64,000 nt of DNA from Bacteroidaceae bacterium (GCA_017481745.1 JAFUOV010000009.1:54603-118602); one strand, 5' to 3'. Shown: positions 41,483 through 49,862, counted from the stretch's first letter. Made by a program: numbers and translations. The notes: generated by a model not told the origin, from the letters alone.

Positions 41483-42559
41483 ATGGCTACAAGTAAAAAA
41501 TTACGCGCAATATATGATGGTTTCTTTGAAGGATTGGAAACTTCTTGTGCAAATCTAATATCAAATATAACTGAATATTCAAGGTTAAAAAAATATTGCA
41601 AAACAAAACCGACAAAGGAATATAAGAAGAAGGTTGGCGATTTTTGGAAGAAATATAAGTCAATTTCGCCTTTATGGGGGTGGTATTATGCTTCTCAAAA
41701 TGGAATAGAAGATCCTCGTTATATTCCTAATACAATGTACTATGCAAAAATAGATCAGCATTTCAACAATAGAAAACTCGGTTGTGGATTTAATGATAAG
41801 AATTATTATTCTCGTATTTTCTATGGTATTAATCAGCCCAAAACGTTGGTGAGAAATGTTAATGGAATCTTGTTAGATGAGAATTATAAACTAATAACAA
41901 CTCAACAGGCTCTTGATATAGTTTTACAAGAAAAAGAGGTGGTTTGCAAGCCCTCTTTAGAAACAGGATCAGGAAGGAATGTTTGTTTTTGGAAAACTAA
42001 TTCGCAAGAAGAAATAATAAAATCTTTTATTAAAGGTGAGGAGAAAAATTATATTATTCAAGGTGTAATAGAGCAGCATCCTAAATTAAAGGAGATACAT
42101 AAAGATTCAATTAATACATTGCGTATTGTATCTTTATTGATGAAAGATGGTGTGTATATTTTATCTTCTAATCTGCGTATGGGTACTGGTAGTAGTCGTG
42201 TTGATAATGTAACAGGTGGAGGTATCAGTTGTGGCGTAAATTCAGATGGCTCTTTAAAAGATTATGCAACAGATTATTATACGGGAGAGAAATTCTATCA
42301 ACATCCCCAAGGCACTATTTTTAAAAATTTAACTGTGCCATCATATAACAAAGCGATAGAACTTGTTATTCAAGCCCACTCTATTATACCCCATTTCCGT
42401 TTGGTTTCTTGGGATATTGCTATTGATATTGACGGAGAACCTTTGTTGATAGAAGCTAATATGCGTAAAGGTGGCATAAATTTAAATCAGTTTAATAATG
42501 GCCCTCTTTTTGGAGATATGACCGAATGTGTTTTGGACGAGGTTTTTGGTAAAAAATAG
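41483..42559 (+). CDS. ATP-grasp protein, sugar-transfer-associated type (ATPgrasp_ST-like)
   Basis: 358 aa. VVCKPSLETGSGRNV, SINTLRIVS, SSRVDNVTGGGISCGVNSDG and SWDIAIDIDGEPLLIEANMRKGG. It starts 2 nt after the initiating transferase. Confidence 0.7.
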   Translation: MATSKKLRAIYDGFFEGLETSCANLISNITEYSRLKKYCKTKPTKEYKKKVGDFWKKYKSISPLWGWYYASQNGIEDPRYIPNTMYYAKIDQHFNNRKLGCGFNDKNYYSRIFYGINQPKTLVRNVNGILLDENYKLITTQQALDIVLQEKEVVCKPSLETGSGRNVCFWKTNSQEEIIKSFIKGEEKNYIIQGVIEQHPKLKEIHKDSINTLRIVSLLMKDGVYILSSNLRMGTGSSRVDNVTGGGISCGVNSDGSLKDYATDYYTGEKFYQHPQGTIFKNLTVPSYNKAIELVIQAHSIIPHFRLVSWDIAIDIDGEPLLIEANMRKGGINLNQFNNGPLFGDMTECVLDEVFGKK

Positions 42560-42562
42560 TCT

Positions 42563-43807
42563 ATGAAGATTTTATATTTAAAACCTTATCATTATCCTGA
42601 GGAACTATCAAGTCCGTACTTGGGGATACAAACTCAAGAAGCCTTTGCTCGTGAGGGGTATAAGATGGAACTCTTTACTCCTACACCATCGCGTGGGTTG
42701 GATAAAGAAACTGTTAAGAAATATCGTAAAATTCGTGTAGAAGAGAAACTGAATGGACTGTTGACAATACGTCGTTTCCCTTTGTATGCCGAGGGTAAAA
42801 ATCCGATATTGCGTGCTTTGCGATATTTTATTCAGTGTGTTGAACTCTTCTTTATTGGTGTTTTCAATAAGCACGCTAAAGATGCTGATGTGATAATGGT
42901 TTCAAGTACTCCTCCCATTATAGGACCTACGGCTGCTCTGATAAAGAAGGTGCGTCATATTCCCATTGTTTATAACTTGCAAGACATTTTCCCTGACTCG
43001 TTGGTAGGTGCCGGTATGACACGCAAAGGCTCTCTGCTGTGGAAGATTGGGCGTGCTATTGAGGACTTTACCTATCGCAATTGCGATAAAATTATTGTTA
43101 TTTCAGAAGACTTCAAGCGCAACATTATGGCAAAAGGTGTGCCTGAGGAGAAGATTGAAGTAATATATAATTGGGTTGATGAAAATGCCGTTGTACCTAT
43201 AGCCAAAGATGACAATATATTGTATGATGAATTTTCCTTGCCTAAGGATAAGTTTTATGTAGTATATGCCGGTAATTTTGGCAATGCTCAAAACATTGAT
43301 GTGATAATTCGTGCAGCAGAACAACTCAAAGAACATCAAGATATTCAATTTCTGCTGTTTGGTACGGGGGGACTTATTGATGACTTTAAGAAACTTGTTT
43401 CAGACCTAAATCTCGACAATGTACGATTCTTCCCATTGCAACCTTATAATCGCGTATCTTATGTTTATAGTTTGGGTAGTGTGGGTATAGTATCGTGCAA
43501 GAAAGGTATTGGCAAGGGGGCTATGCCGAGCAAGACGTGGAGTATTATGTCGGCAGGAACTCCGGTAGTTGCCAATTATGATACCGATACCGATTTGCAG
43601 CGTATTATAACATCTCATAATCTTGGCGTATTTTCCGAGGCGGACAATGTACAAGAGCTAACAGATGCTATTCTTTATATGTATAATAATCCTTCTCTCT
43701 GCGAGGAGTATGGTCGTAATGCGCGTCGATATGTAGAGGAAAACCTTACTAAAGACGTAGGTACAAGCAAATATATTGAGGTTGTAAAATCTGTCGTTAA
43801 CAAGTAA
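42563..43807 (+). CDS. wbuB: Glycosyltransferase family 4, WbuB-like (putative L-FucNAc transferase)
   Basis: 414 aa. MKILYL.PYH.PE..S, LRALRYF and the GT-B C-terminal half. It co-occurs with fnlABC and wbuC, as in known L-FucNAc loci. Confidence 0.75.
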   Translation: MKILYLKPYHYPEELSSPYLGIQTQEAFAREGYKMELFTPTPSRGLDKETVKKYRKIRVEEKLNGLLTIRRFPLYAEGKNPILRALRYFIQCVELFFIGVFNKHAKDADVIMVSSTPPIIGPTAALIKKVRHIPIVYNLQDIFPDSLVGAGMTRKGSLLWKIGRAIEDFTYRNCDKIIVISEDFKRNIMAKGVPEEKIEVIYNWVDENAVVPIAKDDNILYDEFSLPKDKFYVVYAGNFGNAQNIDVIIRAAEQLKEHQDIQFLLFGTGGLIDDFKKLVSDLNLDNVRFFPLQPYNRVSYVYSLGSVGIVSCKKGIGKGAMPSKTWSIMSAGTPVVANYDTDTDLQRIITSHNLGVFSEADNVQELTDAILYMYNNPSLCEEYGRNARRYVEENLTKDVGTSKYIEVVKSVVNK

Positions 43808-43813
43808 CCCCCT

Positions 43814-44200
43814 ATGCTCATTGACAATAATTTGCTAAATATGGTTACTGCGCAGGCGCGGGAGTCGGCGCGGTTGCGGATGAATTACAATCTGCACCAT
43901 TCGCTCGATGCCAAGGCGCAGCGTTTGCTCAATGCGCTTGAGCCGGGTACGGTGTTGCCCATACATCGTCATCGACACACTGCCGAGACGTATGTGTTGT
44001 TGCGAGGTCGCATTGATGTTATGTTCTATAACGATTGCCGCGAGGAGGTATGCCGTTATGCTCTCGACCCCTTGCAGGGCAATTATGGCGTGCACATTCC
44101 CGCGGGGCAGTGGCACACGCTCGAGGTAAAAGAGTCTGCTGTCATTCTTGAGGTGAAAGACGGTCCTTATGCACCTCTTGCTCCCGAAGATATGTTGTAA
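43814..44200 (+). CDS. wbuC: WbuC-family cupin-fold metalloprotein
   Basis: 128 aa. ARLRMNYNLH, LNALEPGTVLPIHRHRHTAETYVLLRG and GQWHTLEV. Confidence 0.8.
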   Translation: MLIDNNLLNMVTAQARESARLRMNYNLHHSLDAKAQRLLNALEPGTVLPIHRHRHTAETYVLLRGRIDVMFYNDCREEVCRYALDPLQGNYGVHIPAGQWHTLEVKESAVILEVKDGPYAPLAPEDML

Positions 44201-44228
44201 GCGACAATCGGTTTTCCCGATAGTTCTC

Positions 44229-44268
44229 AAGGCAAGTATCCGACAACAAGGATGCTTGCCTTTTTTAT
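44229..44268 (+). terminator. Intrinsic terminator closing the polysaccharide operon
   Basis: AAGGCAAGTATC ... GATGCTTGCCTT stem with one mismatch, followed by TTTTTTATTT. Confidence 0.65.
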
Positions 44269-44329
44269 TTATGTCGGGTAGGGGTTGTCGGTCGTTGATA
44301 CCTCATCCTCACACTACGCGCGCCTAACA

Positions 44330-44818
44330 CTATTCCAACAATTTCCTCAATTGCACCTTTATGCGGTGCAAGGCGCTCTTGACGGTTCCTTCTTTCATAT
44401 CCAAGCATAGGGCTATCTCGGCGTACGAGTAGCCTTGCAGGCGCATGGTTATTATTTTGTTATCGCGCTTGGATAGCATGCTTATGGCTCTATACAATTC
44501 GCCTATCGAGTATCTTTCGTCGGGGCACATATCCTCGTCGACGACCTCCAATCTGTCGGTGTCGGAGGCATAGCGGTGTGCCGAACGGTTTACGTCGTTA
44601 AGGTAGATATTGCGCATGATAGTTCTCAACCATGCATCTGTTGTACCTCGTTCATGGTATGTATTGGCACTGTGCAGACTGCGATACACCATCTCTTGAA
44701 AAAGGTCGTCGGCATCATCAGTGCTGTAGTGTGTCAGCATGTTGGCGTAGTGCAACAGTTCCGAACGATGTTCGATAATGTACGTTGCTATATGCGAAAA
44801 TTCTCTATCGTGTGTCAT
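44330..44818 (-). CDS. ECF-type RNA polymerase sigma-70 family factor
   Basis: 163 aa from ATG 44818. Region 2 (DDADDLFQEMVYRSL...WLRTIMRNIYLN) and region 4 HTH (YSYAEIALCLDMKEGTVKSALHRIK). The track ORF extends upstream to 44998, which is probably not translated. Confidence 0.8.
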   Translation of the reverse strand: MTHDREFSHIATYIIEHRSELLHYANMLTHYSTDDADDLFQEMVYRSLHSANTYHERGTTDAWLRTIMRNIYLNDVNRSAHRYASDTDRLEVVDEDMCPDERYSIGELYRAISMLSKRDNKIITMRLQGYSYAEIALCLDMKEGTVKSALHRIKVQLRKLLE

Positions 44819-45142
44819 TATTTTGCGACCTATATAATTAGTCCTGTTTGTAAATTGAAACATTAATTTACAAAATATTACCGAATGTGGCAAGTCATCT
44901 CTCTTTTTGAATTGCGGTTCGGCAGTTGACAATCTGAATAATCGCGCGACGACATATTTATATGGCACTTCACACGAAAGAAAAAAATATACTATCAAAT
45001 TGCAAAATCTTATGACACTTCAGTCTGTTTTTTTTACACCACAATCTACGAGCCTAATTAAATAAGACCGTCGCGAACTGCCGTTTCTGCAGCCCGCGAT
45101 ATAATTTGTTGCGACCGAAAATTGTCCGATTGTCTACGATTC

Positions 45143-47176
45143 TCAAAATCTTACCCTGGCATCCACAAAGACGTTGCGTGGGGCATCAATAAAGTATAGC
45201 GGTTGTGTAGCGCCCAACATGCCGTTCGAGTAGCTGCGCTCGTCAAATATATTGTTGAGGTATACACCTACCGATATGTTTCGATAAGTATAGCCGAGCG
45301 ACAGGTTCAGCCGTAACGATGGGTCAATCCTATATTGATTGGCAAGGTCGAAGTACATCTCGCTGCGATATCGCATCGCAATAGCTACGTCAAATCCCGC
45401 TATCGTATAGCCTACCTCTTGGTTGACAATCCATGTAGGGCTGAGCACATGAGTGAGAGTCGATTGTTCGTAGCGAACATGATTGACCGAGTAGCTGCTG
45501 TTGTTGACGAGGCGCAGACCCTTGATGGGGTAGTATTGTGCCGACAACTCTACGCCGGCACGATAACTATTGGCTGCATTGGTGTGTATGGGTTGTCCGT
45601 TGCTACCTATCGCTCCGCTCAATATCAACTCGTTGCTGAAGTCCATGTAGTACAAGTTGACATTGGCAATAAAGTTGCTCAATGCAATGTTGTAGCCCAG
45701 TTCATAGTCTATTACGCTCTCGGCTTGCGTGGTGTATAAGGAGGCAAAGTTCTCCTCTCCGCCAAACATATCGCTACGTGTAGGCTCTCGATGTGTGCGT
45801 GTGGCACTCGCGTATATCGAGTGTTGTTGTGTAAACTGCCAGCGCGCGTTGACCGACCAGTTGAGGAAGTCCCAATCGACCGGCTCAAACGCCTTGTCGC
45901 CTCGATAGGTAAAGTCGGCATGACGATACTGTATGTTGGCACCTACGTTGAGCCAACGATAGTTGTAAGTACCTTTTACAAAGAGGCTCACATCATTCTT
46001 GTATCCTGTATTATCCCACAAAATCTCCTCCTGCAAGTTGTTGCTACCCATGTGCCGGCGATTGAATGTCGAGGCATTAATGCCGGTTGTTACAACAAAA
46101 CTATTCAGATAGAACTTCGCGGCAGCATTACCACCTATGTAGTGAAATCGTTGGTCGTAGCGCACTATCTCGTCGGTCGTCAGCCACGACAGGTCATACA
46201 CGCGGCGCATGTAGTTGTCGGTGTCAAACGTGTAGTAACCGTCGGCATAGTTGTAGTATAGCGATGCCGTCAGCGCGGTTTTCTCACCCACAAACCCCTG
46301 ATATTGCAGCTTGTTGATGTTCTGTATATAGTGGTCGGTCTCGGCTTCGGTGCATCCGTTGGTGCGAGGGTTGGCAGCTATCTCATCGGCAGTAGCGCCC
46401 ACCCAAGCCATGCCATTGCGCGATTGCCCCACAAAACTCAACAAGTCTATCTTGTGATAGTCGTTGATATAGTACCCCAACTTGACAAACACCGATTGCG
46501 AGTTGTTGTAGGCATGCTCTCGATAGCCATCGCTCTGCTGGTGTGTAACCTTAAAGTGCCCTGCAAACTTGCCCAATCGACCGGTATTATACTCGGCACC
46601 CACCTTCAGCGTGTTGAAGCTGCCATAGCCCGCATACGCACTCGATGTCGTGTCGCGCAAGAGGTCTACCGACTCAAAGTTTACGCTACCCGCATAACCC
46701 GCAGCGCCATTATTATCTATATTAGCACCATTCTCTACCTTTATCGAGTGCATGCTCGATAGCAAGTCGGGGAAGTTGGAGAAATACACACCCATATCCT
46801 CGCCGTCATTCAGTGGCATACCATCCAGCGTGATGTTGATGCGGCTCTGGTCAATACCCCGCATCCTGAAGTATGAGTACCCATACTCGTTGCCCGTATC
46901 GCTGTATGCAAATACCGACGGCATACGCGCTATGATAAACGAAGGCTCCTGACCCTTGTTCTGCATCGTAATGTCGTTGCGCGATAGGGTAGTACCCGTA
47001 TTGCGCAAGTTGGTGCGATAGAAACTCACCACCGACACCTCATCAAGCAGATGCGCCGTCGTGTCGTTCTCAGCTACCGATGCAGCATGAGTTGCCATAC
47101 ACACAAGTAAGGCAACCAACATTGTCAGCAATCGGCATTTCGATGTCATTCTCTCAAGCATTTTCATCATAGCCAT
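45143..47176 (-). CDS. TonB-dependent receptor
   Basis: 677 aa. Signal peptide, plug (LDEVSVVSF..., FRMRGIDQSRINITLDGMPLND), beta-barrel and terminal ...VDARVRF. Confidence 0.88.
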   Translation of the reverse strand: MAMMKMLERMTSKCRLLTMLVALLVCMATHAASVAENDTTAHLLDEVSVVSFYRTNLRNTGTTLSRNDITMQNKGQEPSFIIARMPSVFAYSDTGNEYGYSYFRMRGIDQSRINITLDGMPLNDGEDMGVYFSNFPDLLSSMHSIKVENGANIDNNGAAGYAGSVNFESVDLLRDTTSSAYAGYGSFNTLKVGAEYNTGRLGKFAGHFKVTHQQSDGYREHAYNNSQSVFVKLGYYINDYHKIDLLSFVGQSRNGMAWVGATADEIAANPRTNGCTEAETDHYIQNINKLQYQGFVGEKTALTASLYYNYADGYYTFDTDNYMRRVYDLSWLTTDEIVRYDQRFHYIGGNAAAKFYLNSFVVTTGINASTFNRRHMGSNNLQEEILWDNTGYKNDVSLFVKGTYNYRWLNVGANIQYRHADFTYRGDKAFEPVDWDFLNWSVNARWQFTQQHSIYASATRTHREPTRSDMFGGEENFASLYTTQAESVIDYELGYNIALSNFIANVNLYYMDFSNELILSGAIGSNGQPIHTNAANSYRAGVELSAQYYPIKGLRLVNNSSYSVNHVRYEQSTLTHVLSPTWIVNQEVGYTIAGFDVAIAMRYRSEMYFDLANQYRIDPSLRLNLSLGYTYRNISVGVYLNNIFDERSYSNGMLGATQPLYFIDAPRNVFVDARVRF

Positions 47177-47250
47177 AATCCGATGGCAAACTTACTGAAA
47201 AAATCTGAATTCAGCCCCTGCAACATTATATATTTATATGTGTGTATTAA

Positions 47251-47297
47251 ATCAAAAGCGAGCGATGCTACACTCAAGGTAGGGTAGCATCGCTCGC
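47251..47297 (-). terminator. Intrinsic terminator downstream of fabG
   Basis: 14-bp perfect stem GCGAGCGATGCTAC / GTAGCATCGCTCGC. On the minus strand it is followed by TTTTGAT. Confidence 0.7.
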
Positions 47298-47319
47298 AAT
47301 GTTTCTATTGATCTATTTA

Positions 47320-48072
47320 TTACATATTCATACCACCGCAGCAGTGGATAACCTGTCCGGTAACATACGAAGAAAGGTCCGATGCCAAGAAAGTAGCAAC
47401 ATTGGCAACATCCTCGGGAGTACCGCCACGACGCAAAGGAATTTGTTTAGCCCATGCCTCGCGCACCTCCTCGCTCAATTGTGCAGTCATATCGGTAACG
47501 ATAAAGCCCGGAGCAATAGCATTGGCACGTACACCACGTGAGCCAAGCTCCTTGGCGATAGACTTGGCAAGACCTATCATACCGGCTTTAGATGCCGAGT
47601 AGTTGGCTTGTCCGGCATTACCCGACACACCCACAACCGATGCCATGTTGATGATGCTGCCACCCTTTTGGCGCATCATGATAGGAGTAACTGCATGGAT
47701 AAAGTTGAACGCCGATTTCAAGTTCACTGTGATAACAGCATCCCATTGCTTCTCGTCCATACGCATCATCAATCCGTCGCGAGTGATACCTGCATTGTTC
47801 ACAAGAATATCTATACGACCAAAGTCTTTCATTATCTCGGCAACAACATTGTGAGTGTCGTCGTAGTTGGCAGCATTCGATGCATAACCCTTGGCACGCA
47901 CACCCAGAGCCGCAATTTCAGCCTCAGTAGCTTTAGCATTTTCGTCAATAACGAGGTCGGTAAATGCAACATCGGCACCTTCCGAAGCAAATTTCAGAGC
48001 AATGGCTTTGCCAATGCCACGAGCTGCGCCGGTAACGACAGCAACTTTTCCTTCAAGTAATTTCATATTCAA
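47320..48072 (-). CDS. fabG: 3-oxoacyl-[acyl-carrier-protein] reductase
   Basis: 250 aa. LEGKVAVVTGAARGIGKAIA, NNAGITRD, YSASKAG and GQVIHCCGGMNM. Confidence 0.93.
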   Translation of the reverse strand: MNMKLLEGKVAVVTGAARGIGKAIALKFASEGADVAFTDLVIDENAKATEAEIAALGVRAKGYASNAANYDDTHNVVAEIMKDFGRIDILVNNAGITRDGLMMRMDEKQWDAVITVNLKSAFNFIHAVTPIMMRQKGGSIINMASVVGVSGNAGQANYSASKAGMIGLAKSIAKELGSRGVRANAIAPGFIVTDMTAQLSEEVREAWAKQIPLRRGGTPEDVANVATFLASDLSSYVTGQVIHCCGGMNM

Positions 48073-48129
48073 TATTTTTTATATCCCACAGCCCTCATAC
48101 AAGAGCCGCAAGAGAGTTAGTAATGTCCA

Positions 48130-48711
48130 TTATCGCATAATACCATACAACATAAAGTCGGTAATGAGGCAACGTATACGGTTGCGCTCGACACCCACCT
48201 CGCTGAAATGGTTGTTGATATAAGGCACTTCAAGCCCTTTAAAAGCACAGTGCAATATAGTAGCCGTAGCAAGCGAGTTGTGAACAATAAACTTGCCCTT
48301 GGCAACACCCTCGTCAAGAATACGGCGCAACAAGTCTATCTCGCCCGACGACACCTTCTTACGCGCACGCTCCACCTCGGTAATATCGCGGAAAAACTCG
48401 GCACGCAACGAGCCATTGCGCAATACAATCTCACGAATACCCTCAAGGCGTGCATCAATATAAGCCTCCAACTTCTCGTTGGGCGATAAGTCTTTGTTCA
48501 CAACAGCCTCCAACTTGTCGTGTAAGCGATTCATCTCAGACGTAATAACCGCCCAATATATATCATGCTTATTATTAAAATAGGTATATATTGTGCGACG
48601 ACCCTTATGAGCCGCTTGCGCAATATCGTTCATAGTAGTGTTGGTCAACCCCTTGCGAGCAAAGAGTTGACGAGCTTCTTCTACAATAAGTTGATACGTG
48701 GCGTCCGACAT
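48130..48711 (-). CDS. TetR/AcrR-family transcriptional regulator
   Basis: 193 aa. N-terminal HTH ARQLFARKGLTNTTMNDIAQAAHKGRRTIYTYF. Confidence 0.88.
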   Translation of the reverse strand: MSDATYQLIVEEARQLFARKGLTNTTMNDIAQAAHKGRRTIYTYFNNKHDIYWAVITSEMNRLHDKLEAVVNKDLSPNEKLEAYIDARLEGIREIVLRNGSLRAEFFRDITEVERARKKVSSGEIDLLRRILDEGVAKGKFIVHNSLATATILHCAFKGLEVPYINNHFSEVGVERNRIRCLITDFMLYGIMR

Positions 48712-48883
48712 ACCATATTAGCTATTGAATTGCACAAAAAAATTAAAACCGTGCAAAGGTACACAATTAATTGCAAAATGCAAGTATTTTTGCCCACAAA
48801 GTTTTTTCTCTATTCGTAAGGCTCTGTTTATGAGTTGTATATAGATATTTCGCAAAATTTTAACAAAAATTCTTGCCAAAATA

Positions 48884-48915
48884 TTTGCACCGAGTGGCAA
48901 AAAGCCTTACCTTTG
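48884..48915 (+). promoter_or_regulatory. Bacteroidota sigma-A promoter for tRNA-fMet (TTTG-N20-TAccTTTG)
   Basis: TTTG at 48884-48887 and TACCTTTG at 48908-48915. The tRNA starts at 48929. Confidence 0.55.
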
Positions 48916-48928
48916 CACTCGTAAACAT

Positions 48929-49000
<72 letters not shown>

Positions 49001-49005
49001 CAAGA

Positions 49006-49046
49006 AAAGGCAAGTACTCGATATCAAGTACTTGCCTTTGTTTTTT
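49006..49046 (+). terminator. Intrinsic terminator after tRNA-fMet
   Basis: AAAGGCAAGTACT / AGTACTTGCCTTT 13-bp stem followed by GTTTTTT. Confidence 0.75.
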
Positions 49047-49150
49047 CTCTCCCTATCACATTTGTCCCACCATCTGCCGGCTGTTCAGAGCCCAAACCCG
49101 ACAAAACGAGTGCAAATATTGTCGATAAACACCGATTGGTAGGCAAAAAA

Positions 49151-49182
49151 TTTGTCTGTTAAAAAATAAATTCCTATCTTTG
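49151..49182 (+). promoter_or_regulatory. Bacteroidota sigma-A promoter for rpsF-rpsR-rplI (TTTG-N20-TAtcTTTG)
   Basis: TTTG at 49151-49154 and TATCTTTG at 49175-49182. The rpsF ATG is at 49227. Confidence 0.55.
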
Positions 49183-49226
49183 CCCCGCAATTTTGCAAAT
49201 TAAACCAATTAATAATTAAAAACAGT

Positions 49227-49589
49227 ATGAATCACTACGAAACCGTTTTCATTTTGACTCCCGTTTTGTCTGCCGAGCAGATGAAGGAAGCGGTAGAAAA
49301 ATTCGAGAAGATTCTCACCGACAATGGTGCAGCCATCGTCAACAAAGAAGAGTGGGGATTGCGCAAATTGGCATATCCTATCCAAAAGAAATCTACCGGT
49401 TTCTACACCTTCATCGAGTTTGACGCTGAGCCTACAGTAATCAAAACTCTCGAAGTTAACTTCCGCCGCGATGAGCGTGTAATCCGCTTCTTGACATTCA
49501 AGCAAGACAAATTTGCTGCCGAATATGCTGCAAAAAGAAGAGGTGTAAAATCTAACACAACTACTAACGAAGAAGTAAAGGAGAACTAA
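49227..49589 (+). CDS. rpsF: 30S ribosomal protein S6
   Basis: 120 aa. [15 protein letters not shown]...[11 protein letters not shown]...G.Y. Confidence 0.95.
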   Translation: MNHYETVFILTPVLSAEQMKEAVEKFEKILTDNGAAIVNKEEWGLRKLAYPIQKKSTGFYTFIEFDAEPTVIKTLEVNFRRDERVIRFLTFKQDKFAAEYAAKRRGVKSNTTTNEEVKEN

Positions 49590-49592
49590 GTC

Positions 49593-49862
49593 ATGGCACA
49601 AGTACAATCGGAAATCAGATATTTGACTCCCGCGTCGGTAGATATCAAAAAGAAAAAATATTGCCGCTTCAAAAAGAACGGTATTAAGTATATCGACTAC
49701 AAAGACCCCGAATTCTTGAAGAAATTCTTGAATGAGCAAGGTAAAATTCTTCCTCGTCGTATCACTGGTACTTCGTTGAAGTTCCAACGTCGCATAGCTC
49801 AAGCTGTAAAAAGAGCTCGCCACTTGGCATTGCTTCCTTATGTAACCGATTTGATGAAATAA
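49593..49862 (+). CDS. rpsR: 30S ribosomal protein S18
   Basis: 89 aa. [19 protein letters not shown]...L.KF....[15 protein letters not shown]....A.KRAR.LALLPY. Confidence 0.95.
   Translation: MAQVQSEIRYLTPASVDIKKKKYCRFKKNGIKYIDYKDPEFLKKFLNEQGKILPRRITGTSLKFQRRIAQAVKRARHLALLPYVTDLMK

Noticed and set aside
44819-44998. 60-codon N-terminal extension of the sigma-factor ORF
   Set aside because: Sigma region 2 begins shortly after the internal ATG at 44818. The extension has no signal or TM logic and would make the protein atypically long for an ECF sigma.
48730-48756. TTGCAC-N15-GTGCAA inverted repeat upstream of the tetR gene as a possible operator
   Set aside because: The arms are only 6 bp in an AT-rich region, so this is easily chance. 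I have no second copy for comparison.
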